Made by a program: the position numbers and the translations under genes | The notes under the pieces: model-generated | The model's database searches: none | The model's input: only the letters and a program-made list of their open reading frames with translations | What the model was told of the DNA's origin: nothing | NCBI GenBank assembly: GCA_965215565.1 | Contig: CBDCDZ010000004.1 | Span: 320,001-384,000 of the forward strand | DNA length: 64,000 nt | DNA from: Trueperaceae bacterium | GTDB taxonomy: Bacteria; Deinococcota; Deinococci; Deinococcales; Trueperaceae | Reading direction: 5' to 3' | Shown here: positions 9,675 to 19,900 of the stretch, one piece after another | Layout: every line of letters starts with the position of its first letter | How positions within the stretch are numbered: the first letter of the stretch is position 1

Positions 9675-9696
9675 ACAAGGGGTTGAAACCCCTTGT
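9675..9696. repeat. 22-bp hairpin ACAAGGGGTTGAAACCCCTTGT
   Basis: Perfect stem; degenerate copy at 26817-26835. Confidence 0.6.
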
Positions 9697-9781
9697 TTAG
9701 GAGGAGAGCGATGTGTGGCAGGCTTTTTCAATTCACTTCTGAGATGTATAGAGGCGCTGATAACGCGCACTTCTCACCTTT

Positions 9782-12652
9782 ATGCTGACCCTCCAGCAAC
9801 GCCTCGTTCGCGCTCAAGCGCGAGTTCATGAGCTGTCACTTTGGAAGGTGAGAGCACATGTGCAAATAGAGGGCTGGCGCTGGGACGGTCAACCGCTTCA
9901 AATCGACGAGGCTTGGCCCAAGCGTGAAGGCGTTCACCATCTGACCTGTGAAAAGGTGCGTGTACCGGACGACTGGAACTTGGACGAGAGTTTTCTGCAT
10001 CTGAACGTGGGCGGCGAGAGCTTATTGAGCTTGGAGTACGAGGGAGAGACCGAACGCTTCGGCCTCAACTCGCACCATGAACACTTTCCACTTCTAGGAC
10101 GAAATTTCTCTATTCACACCGAGTCCGTCGCTCGCTTTGAATTCGGCGTGCCGAACCCTGACCCGCGTTTGGAGGTGGCGCGGCTCGAGTGGCGAGACAG
10201 CGCGGTTGACTCTCTGGTGCGTCTCTTGAGTTTGACGCTCGAGACCGCCGAGTGCCTGCCCGACCATGAAGTCGCGCCGCTGCTCATCAAGGCTGCCGAA
10301 CGCGCAGTTCAAATGGTGGCGTTGCCCTCGCACACCCCTCTTTACACCGCCCGCACCCTCGGAGAGTTCGACACGCCGCCTATTTGGAGCGCGCCCGACG
10401 TTGACAGCCATCCTGCTGGACTGAGTAAGGGTGAGCGTGAGAGTGTACGCCGAGCGCAGGGGACCTTGGAGGAAGACCTCGCGCAACTCCGCACCTGGTT
10501 TCCCAAAGTCGGTAAGCTCTGTCTCACCGGACACGCGCACCTAGACCTTGCCTGGCTCTGGCCCCTGGACGAATCCAAACGCAAAGCGCGGCGCACCGCC
10601 TATACCCAACTCGCGCTGATGAAACGTTACCCCGAGTTTCGCTTCAACCAGTCCTCGGCGCAGTGGTATGCGTGGTTGGAGGAGGACGCCGACCTCTTCA
10701 GAGGGATTCAAGCGGCGGTGCAAAGAGGTCAGTGGGAAGTCGTGGGCGGCATGTGGGTGGAGCCCGACATGAACCTCTTAGCGGGCGAGTCGGTGGTGCG
10801 GCAGCTTCTCTATGGGCAGCGGTATTTTGAAAAGCACTTCGGCGCGACATGCGACACGGCGTGGCTCCCGGATTGCTTCGGCTTCTCGGGCGCGGTGCCG
10901 CAGCTTTTGCGGGGCGCAGGCATCCGCAACTTCTTCACGGCGAAACTCAACTGGAATGAGACGACGAAGTTTCCGCACGACCTCTTCTGGTGGGAGGGCT
11001 TAGACGGGTCCAGCGTGCTCACCCACACCCTCGACAACAAGCCTTTCGGCGAGGGCTACAACGGACTTGTGCGCCCCGAATCGCTGCTGCGCACGTGGGG
11101 CAACTACCGCGGCAAGACGGCTCACCGCGAGAGCCTCTTTGCGGCGGGCTGGGGCGACGGCGGCGGCGGTCCGACGCCGGACATGCTCGAGGATGCCCGC
11201 GCCATGACCCACCTGCCCGTCGTACCCGAAGCGACGTGGGGCAGCGTGAGCGACTTCTTCGCCCGTGCAAGAGAGAGCGCCGAGCGCGAGCCCATTTCCT
11301 TGTGGCAAGGCGAGATGTACTTGGAGTTTCACCGGGGCACGTACACCTCGCAGGAGCGCACCAAAAACCTCCACCGCCGCGCCGAGGTTGCGCTCGTGGA
11401 GGCGGAAAAGGACTCGAGCCTCGCTTATATCCGAAATCAGAGCGAGCAAGAGGTTAGTAGGGAAGAGGTCTACCCGAAAACGCTCGAGCAAGAGTGGCGA
11501 ACTGTCCTCCTCAGCGAGTTTCACGACGTGTTACCGGGCACCTCCATACGCGAGGTTTACGAAGAGATCGAGCCACTACTAGAGAAAACGCTGGAGGAGG
11601 TGTTGGCGTCGTTGCCGCCTACCGAAGAGGTCCACAATCCTGATATACAACAATCCGAAGTAGAACAAGAGGTGCGGCAGGGTGGGCTCGAGAACGAGCA
11701 CCTCCGCGCCACCTTTTCATCCTCCGGGCACCTCACCAGTTTGTTCGACAAACGCGCCGAACGCGAACTGCTTAGTGAGCCCAGTAACGCGCTTTGGGTC
11801 TACCCAGACAAGCCGCGCCGCTGGGACGCCTGGGACGTTGAAGACTTACACGCTTCCTATAGCGCTCCCGGTGAGCCGTTGCACGCGGAGTACGTCGAAG
11901 TCGTAGAGGAGGGTCTGGCGGTTCACTACGTTTTTCGCGAGAGTCGCATTGTGCAAACGCACCGCTTAGCTGGGAGGCGCCTCGAGGTGCAGACTGAACT
12001 CGAGTGGCGCGAGCGGCGGCACCGGCTGAATGCGACGTTCGGTCTGCGCGGAACCGGCCAGGTTCTTACAGGTACGGCGTTCGGCTTTCACACCCGCTCA
12101 CCGCTTTTGACGGATTTGGCGCGTCAAGCGAAGTTCGAAGTGCCGATGCAAGGCTTTGCGGCGCTTTTAGGAACGGATGGTTACGCGCCCGCGCTCCTTG
12201 CGAGCGGGCGTTACGGTCTCTCGCTCCGTTCACTCGGGAGGACGACGGAACTCGCCCTATCGCTCCTCCGCTCACCCGTCTACCCGGACCCCTACGCCGA
12301 CGAAGGTGCGCACACCTTTCATTACGCGCTCACGGCGGGTCACTTCGCGCAGGGCGAGGTTCACGCGGAACTAGCGGCGCTGGAGAACCGTTCGACCTCC
12401 GCACTCGAGTGGCTGGGGCTGGACCCGAAAGGAGCGTTAGAGCTAGCCGCGCTCAAAAGAGCCGAAGACGGGAATGGGCTTATTGCTCGGTTTGCGGAGC
12501 GTTTCGGGCTCTACACTGCACCCTTTGAGAGGCTCGAGCTAAAGGGCTGGCGCGTCCAAGAGGTTGACCTCTTAGAAGGTGAGCTTGAAACGACCTCTTT
12601 CGACTTCGCCCCCTTTCAGGTGCGCTCGTACCACTTGACCGAGGATGACTGA
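9782..12652 (+). CDS. GH38 alpha-mannosidase
   Basis: GHAHLDLAWLW, WLPDCFG, GDGGGGP, EMYLEFHRGTYTSQ and FHDVLPGTSI motifs. Confidence 0.92.
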   Translation: MLTLQQRLVRAQARVHELSLWKVRAHVQIEGWRWDGQPLQIDEAWPKREGVHHLTCEKVRVPDDWNLDESFLHLNVGGESLLSLEYEGETERFGLNSHHEHFPLLGRNFSIHTESVARFEFGVPNPDPRLEVARLEWRDSAVDSLVRLLSLTLETAECLPDHEVAPLLIKAAERAVQMVALPSHTPLYTARTLGEFDTPPIWSAPDVDSHPAGLSKGERESVRRAQGTLEEDLAQLRTWFPKVGKLCLTGHAHLDLAWLWPLDESKRKARRTAYTQLALMKRYPEFRFNQSSAQWYAWLEEDADLFRGIQAAVQRGQWEVVGGMWVEPDMNLLAGESVVRQLLYGQRYFEKHFGATCDTAWLPDCFGFSGAVPQLLRGAGIRNFFTAKLNWNETTKFPHDLFWWEGLDGSSVLTHTLDNKPFGEGYNGLVRPESLLRTWGNYRGKTAHRESLFAAGWGDGGGGPTPDMLEDARAMTHLPVVPEATWGSVSDFFARARESAEREPISLWQGEMYLEFHRGTYTSQERTKNLHRRAEVALVEAEKDSSLAYIRNQSEQEVSREEVYPKTLEQEWRTVLLSEFHDVLPGTSIREVYEEIEPLLEKTLEEVLASLPPTEEVHNPDIQQSEVEQEVRQGGLENEHLRATFSSSGHLTSLFDKRAERELLSEPSNALWVYPDKPRRWDAWDVEDLHASYSAPGEPLHAEYVEVVEEGLAVHYVFRESRIVQTHRLAGRRLEVQTELEWRERRHRLNATFGLRGTGQVLTGTAFGFHTRSPLLTDLARQAKFEVPMQGFAALLGTDGYAPALLASGRYGLSLRSLGRTTELALSLLRSPVYPDPYADEGAHTFHYALTAGHFAQGEVHAELAALENRSTSALEWLGLDPKGALELAALKRAEDGNGLIARFAERFGLYTAPFERLELKGWRVQEVDLLEGELETTSFDFAPFQVRSYHLTEDD

Positions 12653-14135
12653 GACGCTAAAAGCTGACGTCGCCATCATCGGTGGCAGTTTAGGCGGTGT
12701 CGCCGCCGCGCTCGCGGCGTGTGAGGCAGGCTGTACCGTCATCTTGAGTGAAGAGACGGACCTCTTGGGTGGACAGCTCAGCGCTCAGGGCGTCTCGGCG
12801 TTAGATGAGCACGAACGTATCGAAACGCACGCCAACGCCCGCTATTTGACGTTGCGCCGCCGCATCCGTGAGCATTACGTCAAAAGAGGTGCGCCGCGCT
12901 TCATGCCGGATGGTCAACCGCTCAACCCCGGCAACGCTTGGGTCAGTCGGCTCTGCTTCGAACCTCTTGTCGGCACTAAGGTGATACGCAAAATGCTCCG
13001 TCCGTTTGAGCGAGCGGGGCGGCTCAAGATACTGTTAGAGCATCGCCCCGTCGCCGCTAAAGTCATAGGTGAAGAGGTGCGAGAGGTGAGGCTCGAGGCT
13101 CCACATACGCACACTACTATCCGCGCCGACCTCTTCCTAGACGCCACCGACTTGGGCGACCTGCTCCCGCTGACCCACACGCCGTTCGTCATGGGCGCAG
13201 AATCTCGGTTTGATACAGGCGAACCTCACGCGCCCGATGTGGCGAAACCGAATGAGGTGCAGAGCTTCACCGCCTGCTTCGCAGTCGAGTATTGCCCCGG
13301 CGAGTCGCACGTGATTCCTAAGCCCGAAGGGTACGAAACGCTCCGGGACGCTCAGCCTTACAGCTTGAGCTTGGACATCGGCACGGGGCAAGAAAAGCAT
13401 TTCAAGATGTTCTCCGAGGGCGAAAACGGCGAACTCCCATTCTGGACGTACCGCCGCTTACTCGACGCGAAACTTCTGAACCTTTCGAACGACGTTGCGC
13501 TGATCAACTGGGCGAGCAATGATTACAGCGAGGTGAGTCTGTTAGAAGATTACGAACGCGCTTGGGCAGAAGCCAAACGCCTCTCGCTGGGCTTCCTCTA
13601 CTGGCTCCAGACCGAAGCCCCTCGAGACGAAGGCGGGCAGGGCTATCCTGAATTTAAGTTGCGCCCCGACGTAATGGGAACTTCGGACGGACTCGCCAAA
13701 GCGCCCTACGTCCGTGAACCGCGGCGGATTATCGGCTTGGAGCGCGTTTTAGAACAACACCTCACGGACGCTCACGATTGGCGCACGCCCGTCGCTATCG
13801 GCTGGTATCCGCTTGACTTGCACCCTTGCGTGGGCAACCCGGAGCGCTCCATGTATCATCCTACGCGCCCTTTCACCCTCCCGCTCGGCACACTGATTCC
13901 GAAGACGCGCCCAAATCTCTTAGCCGCGTGCAAAAACGTCAGCACGACGCACCTGAGTAACGGCGCGTGCCGCGTCCACCACGTCGAGTGGGCGTTAGGC
14001 GAGGCGGCGGGTGCCGTGGCGGCGCTCTGCGTTAGGGAGCGGTGCACGCTGCATGAGGTCTACGCTTCAAAGAGGTTACAAAAGAGGTTGGTTGAGCGCT
14101 TTGCGCAGCAAGATATCCTCACCTCGTGGACGTGA
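12645..14135 (+). CDS. FAD-dependent oxidoreductase
   Basis: IIGGSLGGVAAA dinucleotide-binding motif, DATDLGDL, PYVREPRRI. Confidence 0.85.
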   Translation: MTETLKADVAIIGGSLGGVAAALAACEAGCTVILSEETDLLGGQLSAQGVSALDEHERIETHANARYLTLRRRIREHYVKRGAPRFMPDGQPLNPGNAWVSRLCFEPLVGTKVIRKMLRPFERAGRLKILLEHRPVAAKVIGEEVREVRLEAPHTHTTIRADLFLDATDLGDLLPLTHTPFVMGAESRFDTGEPHAPDVAKPNEVQSFTACFAVEYCPGESHVIPKPEGYETLRDAQPYSLSLDIGTGQEKHFKMFSEGENGELPFWTYRRLLDAKLLNLSNDVALINWASNDYSEVSLLEDYERAWAEAKRLSLGFLYWLQTEAPRDEGGQGYPEFKLRPDVMGTSDGLAKAPYVREPRRIIGLERVLEQHLTDAHDWRTPVAIGWYPLDLHPCVGNPERSMYHPTRPFTLPLGTLIPKTRPNLLAACKNVSTTHLSNGACRVHHVEWALGEAAGAVAALCVRERCTLHEVYASKRLQKRLVERFAQQDILTSWT

Positions 14136-14164
14136 CGCTGAATTGAATGAGGTAGCGTTCAAGA

Positions 14165-14773
14165 TTAGCGGAGTCTCTGTCCCATGTAGACCTCTTTGGG
14201 CTCCTCGAGTAAAACCTCGAAGCCCATTTTCTTATAAAACTCGAAAGCTCCCCGGTTACTCGCCCCCAAACCGAGGTGCACCCCCGCTGAGCCGCGCCGC
14301 CTGAGTTCGCCCAGCAGCGTTTCCATCAGCTTGCGTCCCCAACCTTGACCTTGTGCGCGCGGTAAGAGGTCGATGTGGAGGTGCGAGGGGTACGCACTCA
14401 AATCGATGGGTTTGGAGAGGTCGGGGTGATGAATCCTACTGTAGAGGCGTTCAGAGGATGTCCAGCTCTCCGGGTTTCCTGTCGGATTAGGCAGCTCGGC
14501 TTGTAGCGGGGGGAGCCACTCGAGCCGATACCTCTTATTAAACCTCTTCGTGTCCAGTGCGCCGAGGATGTAGCCTATAACCTCTTCTTTATCCGTAAGC
14601 ATAAAGGCGAGTGCGGGCTCGAGCGTCACGTAGGGTCCCGCGTAGAGGTGTCCTAAGATATCAGGGTCATCATAAAGTTCGCTAGCGTCGTCTCCCGAGT
14701 CGCCTGTACAGAGGCAGATGTCGTAGACTGCGCTCAAGTCTCGCGCGTCATAAGGGCGGATGGAGAAAGCCAT
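14165..14773 (-). CDS. GNAT acetyltransferase (similar to the O-GlcNAcase C-terminal AT-like domain)
   Basis: YDICLCTG...YAGPY and YPSHLHIDLLPRAQGQGWG motifs. Confidence 0.8.
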   Translation of the reverse strand: MAFSIRPYDARDLSAVYDICLCTGDSGDDASELYDDPDILGHLYAGPYVTLEPALAFMLTDKEEVIGYILGALDTKRFNKRYRLEWLPPLQAELPNPTGNPESWTSSERLYSRIHHPDLSKPIDLSAYPSHLHIDLLPRAQGQGWGRKLMETLLGELRRRGSAGVHLGLGASNRGAFEFYKKMGFEVLLEEPKEVYMGQRLR

Positions 14774-14820
14774 GCTCAAGTTTAGACCTTCGCGCATCCT
14801 CGAACCTTGCCTTATGCGGA

Positions 14821-14952
14821 TAGCAGTTCCATAACCTATTGAGACAGAATGTAGCAGGTATCATCACCGAACGTGCGTGTTAAACGGTGTTTTATAAAGT
14901 GGGAGTGTTGCTTCGCATAACTTCGTTCACTCTGACTAGATGATACCTGCTA
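14821..14952. mobile_element. MITE, TAGCAG family, carrying a 21-bp module at 14909-14929
   Basis: TAGCAGTTCC...GATGATACCTGCTA termini; flanks do not match. Confidence 0.75.
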
Positions 14953-15015
14953 AAAATTATGTCGTGCAACCTCGTATTACCTCTTCTGAGCAAGACTTCG
15001 CGATAAGGTGAAAGG

Positions 15016-15966
15016 GTGAAAGAGGGTCGTCAAAAGAGGTGTTGTAGCCCTTCGCGTTCAGCAAGTGAGGCTCGGGTCGGCTCGAGCGAGGATAGCGTTG
15101 CAAAAAGCCCGGTGAGCAGTTCCGCAAAAGGAATGGTTTACCTTGAAGGCGGGAGCTTTCTCATGGGCACGGACGAGCCGACGTTTCCCGCCGACGGTGA
15201 GGGTCCGGTGCGCGAGGTGACGCTCTCGCCTTTTTGGATAGGACCTTTTGCCGTTACTAACGCGCAGTTCGCGGCGTTTGTAGAGGCGACGGGTTACGTG
15301 AGTGAAGCGGAGCGCTACGGCTGGTCTTTCGTATTCTACCAGTTCTTACCCGAAGACGCGCCGCCGACACAGGGCGTCGCCAACACCCCTTGGTGGCGAC
15401 AGGTCTTCGGCGCATCGTGGAGAAATCCCGAGGGTCCGCACTCGTCGGTGGATGGACGTCTGAATCACCCTGTCATCCATGTCTCTTGGAATGATGCTAC
15501 GGCTTATGCACGCTGGGCGGGCAAACGCTTACCGACGGAAGCGGAGTGGGAATACGCGGCGCGAGGGGGGCTCGAGCAAAATACCTATCCTTGGGGCGAC
15601 CGCTTGGTCCCCAATAAAAAGCACCGCTGCAACATCTGGCAAGGAACCTTCCCGAGCAAGAACACCGCCAAGGACGGCTTCGTCGGCACCGCGCCCGTGG
15701 ACGCCTTTGCGCCCAACGGCTACGGGCTCTACAACGTGACGGGCAACACCTGGGAGTGGTGCGCGGATTGGTGGGGCACTGAGCACGCAAAAGGGCCTCA
15801 CCTCAACCCGTGCGGACCCGAAGAGGGTCAGGCAAAGGTCATCAAGGGTGGCTCTTACCTCTGCCACGCTTCGTACTGTAACCGCTATAGGGTCGCGGCG
15901 CGGACGAGCAATACGCCGGACAGCACAACAGGACACATGGGCTTTCGGGTGGTGCGGGATGCTTGA
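15016..15966 (+). CDS. Formylglycine-generating enzyme (SUMF1/FGE)
   Basis: RLPTEAEWEYAARGG and catalytic KGGSYLCHASYCNRYRVAAR motifs. Confidence 0.9.
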   Translation: MKEGRQKRCCSPSRSASEARVGSSEDSVAKSPVSSSAKGMVYLEGGSFLMGTDEPTFPADGEGPVREVTLSPFWIGPFAVTNAQFAAFVEATGYVSEAERYGWSFVFYQFLPEDAPPTQGVANTPWWRQVFGASWRNPEGPHSSVDGRLNHPVIHVSWNDATAYARWAGKRLPTEAEWEYAARGGLEQNTYPWGDRLVPNKKHRCNIWQGTFPSKNTAKDGFVGTAPVDAFAPNGYGLYNVTGNTWEWCADWWGTEHAKGPHLNPCGPEEGQAKVIKGGSYLCHASYCNRYRVAARTSNTPDSTTGHMGFRVVRDA

Positions 15967-16018
15967 GGGATGAGGCTGAGGTACTTACCGAGAAGTCCGA
16001 ACGCGGTAGCTTGGAAAG

Positions 16019-16282
16019 AGCAATGAGAAAAGACAGCGATGAGTACCGAGCAATCCCCTTTTGGGGTTACGCAGTCTTCCGAAGGAAACGAACGGTGAGC
16101 AATGAGTAAAAACTGAAGACTTTAGACTCACTACTCACCGTTTCGTTTCGTCGCTTTGCTCCCACTAGGCGAAAACTTCATAATCGTTCCTTCGGCTAGT
16201 GGCTAGCGGGAGCGCACCACGCGACAGCGTATGCGACTGTACTGCGTAACCAGTTCGACTGAGTTGCTTTCAACTCATTGCT
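16019..16282. repeat. Inverted heptamer array copy 3, expanded by nested small modules
   Basis: AGCAATG/CATTGCT arms; nested 21+21-bp insertion at 16055-16096 and a longer nest at about 16137-16262. Confidence 0.8.
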
Positions 16283-16345
16283 AAACCACATGCAAGCACC
16301 GAACAAACGTAAATTGATGAGTCACAAATCATACTGGGGGACAAT

Positions 16346-16657
16346 ATGAAACACGTACAAATGCAACTCGGCGGTAGCGGCAGCTTCAAGGTCATCGCGG
16401 AGGCGAGCCACTCGCAAGTCGCGGTGATGACGTTGGGGGTAAACGAGAGTGTAGGTGGACCGAATAACGTTCACAACTCGAGTGAACAGTGGCTCTACGT
16501 CGTCTCCGGTGTAGGCGAAGCTGTCGTCGCGGGGGAACGGGTGGACCTGTCGAAGGGTAGCCTCTTGCTCATCGAAGCGGGCGAAGGGCATGAGATTGTC
16601 AATACCGGGGACGAGCCGCTCAGGACGCTGAACGTCTACGCGCCGCCGGAGTACTGA
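16346..16657 (+). CDS. Cupin-domain protein
   Basis: H-x4-E-x2-Y-V-x2-G and G-x5-EAGEGH cupin motifs. Confidence 0.85.
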   Translation: MKHVQMQLGGSGSFKVIAEASHSQVAVMTLGVNESVGGPNNVHNSSEQWLYVVSGVGEAVVAGERVDLSKGSLLLIEAGEGHEIVNTGDEPLRTLNVYAPPEY

Positions 16658-16975
16658 TTGTTACGACGTTCACATCACGGCTTCTGGCGGGCACTCCGCG
16701 AAACGAACTTGTAGGTTCTTGTTGAGAACGCTCAGGGGAGACGGCTCAGGGACGCAGCGTCCGTAGCGTCCGCCCCTCACGTTCGCTGAGCCAATCCACC
16801 TCTTCCGTGCCCGCTCCAAAATGTTTTATACTCTAAATAGTGAAGTTCAATTCTCTCTAAACTCCGAATGCTGGTGCTGACCTCTACGCTGTGCCCTTCA
16901 CTATTCGAATTAAGAAGGAGGTCGAGGCGGAGTTGTTGACCTTTATAAATTTACTCGAGCAGATGAGGTGCCGAA

Positions 16976-19900
16976 ATGACGAGCAAGCAAGACCGTTTTG
17001 TGCAGAAGTTACGTGTAGCAAGGTGGACGGGTAGAGGCGCGCTATTTGCCTTCGTATTCGTACTCGTCGCAACAGGAATGTGGGGCGCAGCCCAAAGTGC
17101 GGCGTTAGAAACGCTCGACCTCAATGAGTTGGACAGTTCGCCTGCGCGTGTTGAGGTGTCGCCTGACTATCTCACCATCATCGAGTTCGAGGGGATGAGT
17201 GTCGAGAGCGCATTGTCGGGGCGCTCTGATCAGATCACCACACAGATCGCTGACAACATCATCAGCGTCAGGGCGAACCAAGAGGAGGTCAATACCGACC
17301 TCTTCGTCCGGGTGGGCGGGCGCACGGCGCTCTTCAGGCTCGTCTCCAATCCGTCTGCGCAGAGTCCGAAGCGCTACGTCGTAAGCGACGAGCAGCCACC
17401 CGAGCGGAGCTTACAGGGCAGCCGTGCGCCCGGCGGTCTCTCCAGACCTGCCGACACCGGGTTGCCGCCTCCACCTCCCGGTCTGACTTTAAGGGTAAGT
17501 GCCTACCGCCCCAATCCTGAGGCGGTGGTGATTCAGTATGCGCTCACGAACAACACGGCGTATCCTATCGTCAACGATCCGCTGCGCCTGCGCGTCTACC
17601 TCGAGGGGGTCACGAGGGAGTACGAACGCACCGCGTCGCCTACCCCAGGGCGCGCGGGGCGTCTCGCTATGGGTGAGTCTGAGTATGGTCAAATTGTTGT
17701 CCCCGGTGTTCCTGCCAACGCGGAGAGCCTAGAGCTTGAGTGGATGCTGGTTGCGATTGGACCGGGCACGGTCTACCAAGCGACGAGCGATCTGCTCGTC
17801 GCCCTGGGCGAAAAGACGCCGGGTGTTGCTTCAGACGCAGAAACGTCCGAAGCGCCCGTTGCGTCTTCCGGGGGCGCACCCGGAGGAACACCCTTCGCTG
17901 ACGCAGCCCCCGCTACAGAATCCGTTACGGAGCAACCTACGGGAGGTGCGCCCAGCACTGCACAGAGGACGGATGGACCTAGCGGCCTCACTGAGGCGCA
18001 AGTGGCGTCTGAAACGCTCGTGCTGAGCGCCGACGCTTTTGACGGCGGGGACGACGCTTGGTGGGTCTACACAGATTCGGCGGCGGAGGCGGTACGCGAG
18101 AGCGGGGACAGCGAGGCTTGCGTTCTAGTGACTGGCGGAGGCTCGGAGCTTTGGGACGTCGCCTTTGGGCGCTCCGGCGTAGCGCTCAGGGAAGCGCAGC
18201 AGTACCTGCTGAGCTTCGACGCTCGAGCGGACAAGCCCGTCACGTTCCGCTCAGCCGTAGGTATCGACAGCGCGCCCTGGACGGAAACGTTCGCACAGGT
18301 GGACACCTTAGGACCTGAAATGCAGAACTTTACCTACGCTTTTAGCGCGCGGCGCGACTTTGAAAACAACCGCCTAGCGTTCTATCTCGGGCAGAATGAA
18401 ACCGCGCCGTACCGCGTTTGCTTCGACAACGTGGTCTTGGCTGAGGTCGTCGGACCGTCCGCGGACGCCGCGCTTAGTGGTGACGACGCTGACTCCGCTC
18501 AGGCTCGAGCCGACGAGCAACCTGAGACGCAAGACCTAACGGACATAGAAACCGCGCCTGTGGACCGGGCGACGCCTCCCACGGATTCAATCGCCGACTC
18601 AACTGACGCTCCAACCGACGTTCCTGCACAGAATCAGGGACCGGCTCAGGTGCTGATCGATGAGAGCTTTAGCGAGGCGGCAGCGCCAGCGTGGTCGGTG
18701 TACGCTGCGCCGCCCGGACAGGGGGACATTGAGGGTGCAGTCGAGGACGGCGCGTTTTGCTCCGTGACTACGAACGCGGGAAGCGAACATTGGAACGTCG
18801 GCGTGTTGCGCGAGTCGCTGTCTCTAACGAACGGGAAGACCTACACACTGAGTTTCTCCGCGCGCGCTGATAAACCCATATCGCTGCGCCCCGCCGTCAC
18901 CCTCAACGACCAACCCTGGGCTGAGATTTTCGGGGAAGACCAGCAGTTGAGTGCGGAGATGCAGACCTATTCCTACACCTTTGACGCGGCTGGCATCGAG
19001 GAGGACGGTTGGCTCGTCTTCTTCCTGGGTGGCAACGGCGACGTGCCCTACAGGGTCTGTTTCGACAATATTGTGCTCGCCGAGGCTGACGTGCCCGTAG
19101 CAGAAACGGCAGACGCGCCCGCCGCGGCAGGGTTTTTCCTGAACGAGACTTTTGAGGGTGAAGCCGCCGCTTGGGAGGAGTACACTATCCAGCAAGCCGA
19201 GATGACTTACGAGGTCAGTGACGGCGAGGCGTGCACCGTGACGAGCGACGGGGGCAGCGCCATCTGGGACGTCGGTCTCGTGCGCGAAGCCCTGCCTTTC
19301 GAGGATGATCAGGCCTACACCCTGACGTTCGACGCCTACGCGGACCGCCCTATGCTGATACGTTCAGCCATCACCCTCGACGAGGTTCCCTGGACGGAAG
19401 TTTTCGGGCAGACGCAGGAGTTGAGTATGGAGACGCGCTCCTACGGATACTCGTTTGACGCGGTGGGGTTGGAGCGGGGCGGACGGCTCATCTTCTTCTT
19501 GGGGGGCAGCGACGACACGCCCTACAGGGTGTGCTTTGACAACGTCACCATCACCCCTACGCCGGGCGAAGGCGCGCTGGCACCTACGGATAGCAACCCG
19601 TCCGCAGCATCTGAAAGCGCGCAGATGAACGCTGCGGGCGATCAGCGCAGCGCGATGCTCGTCACCGGGGCAGCCAGCTCCAGCGAGAACGACGCACTCC
19701 TAGCACGCTACCTCGCGCAACTCGGCTTCAACGTTCAGATGGAGGACGCCGCCTCAGTTCTGGACGCTGATATTCGCGGGGCAGATGTAGTAGTCGTCTC
19801 GCCCTCTGTCAGCGAAGGCGAGATAGGCACGTTGTTCCGAGATGCGGCGGTGCCTATCGTCACCTCCTCAGCCGACCTCTTCGGTCTTATGGGCATGACG

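Noticed and set aside
16720..16800. Possible riboswitch upstream of the 1096-aa gene
   Set aside because: Only a short GGCTCAG/CTGAGCC pairing; no recognisable aptamer consensus
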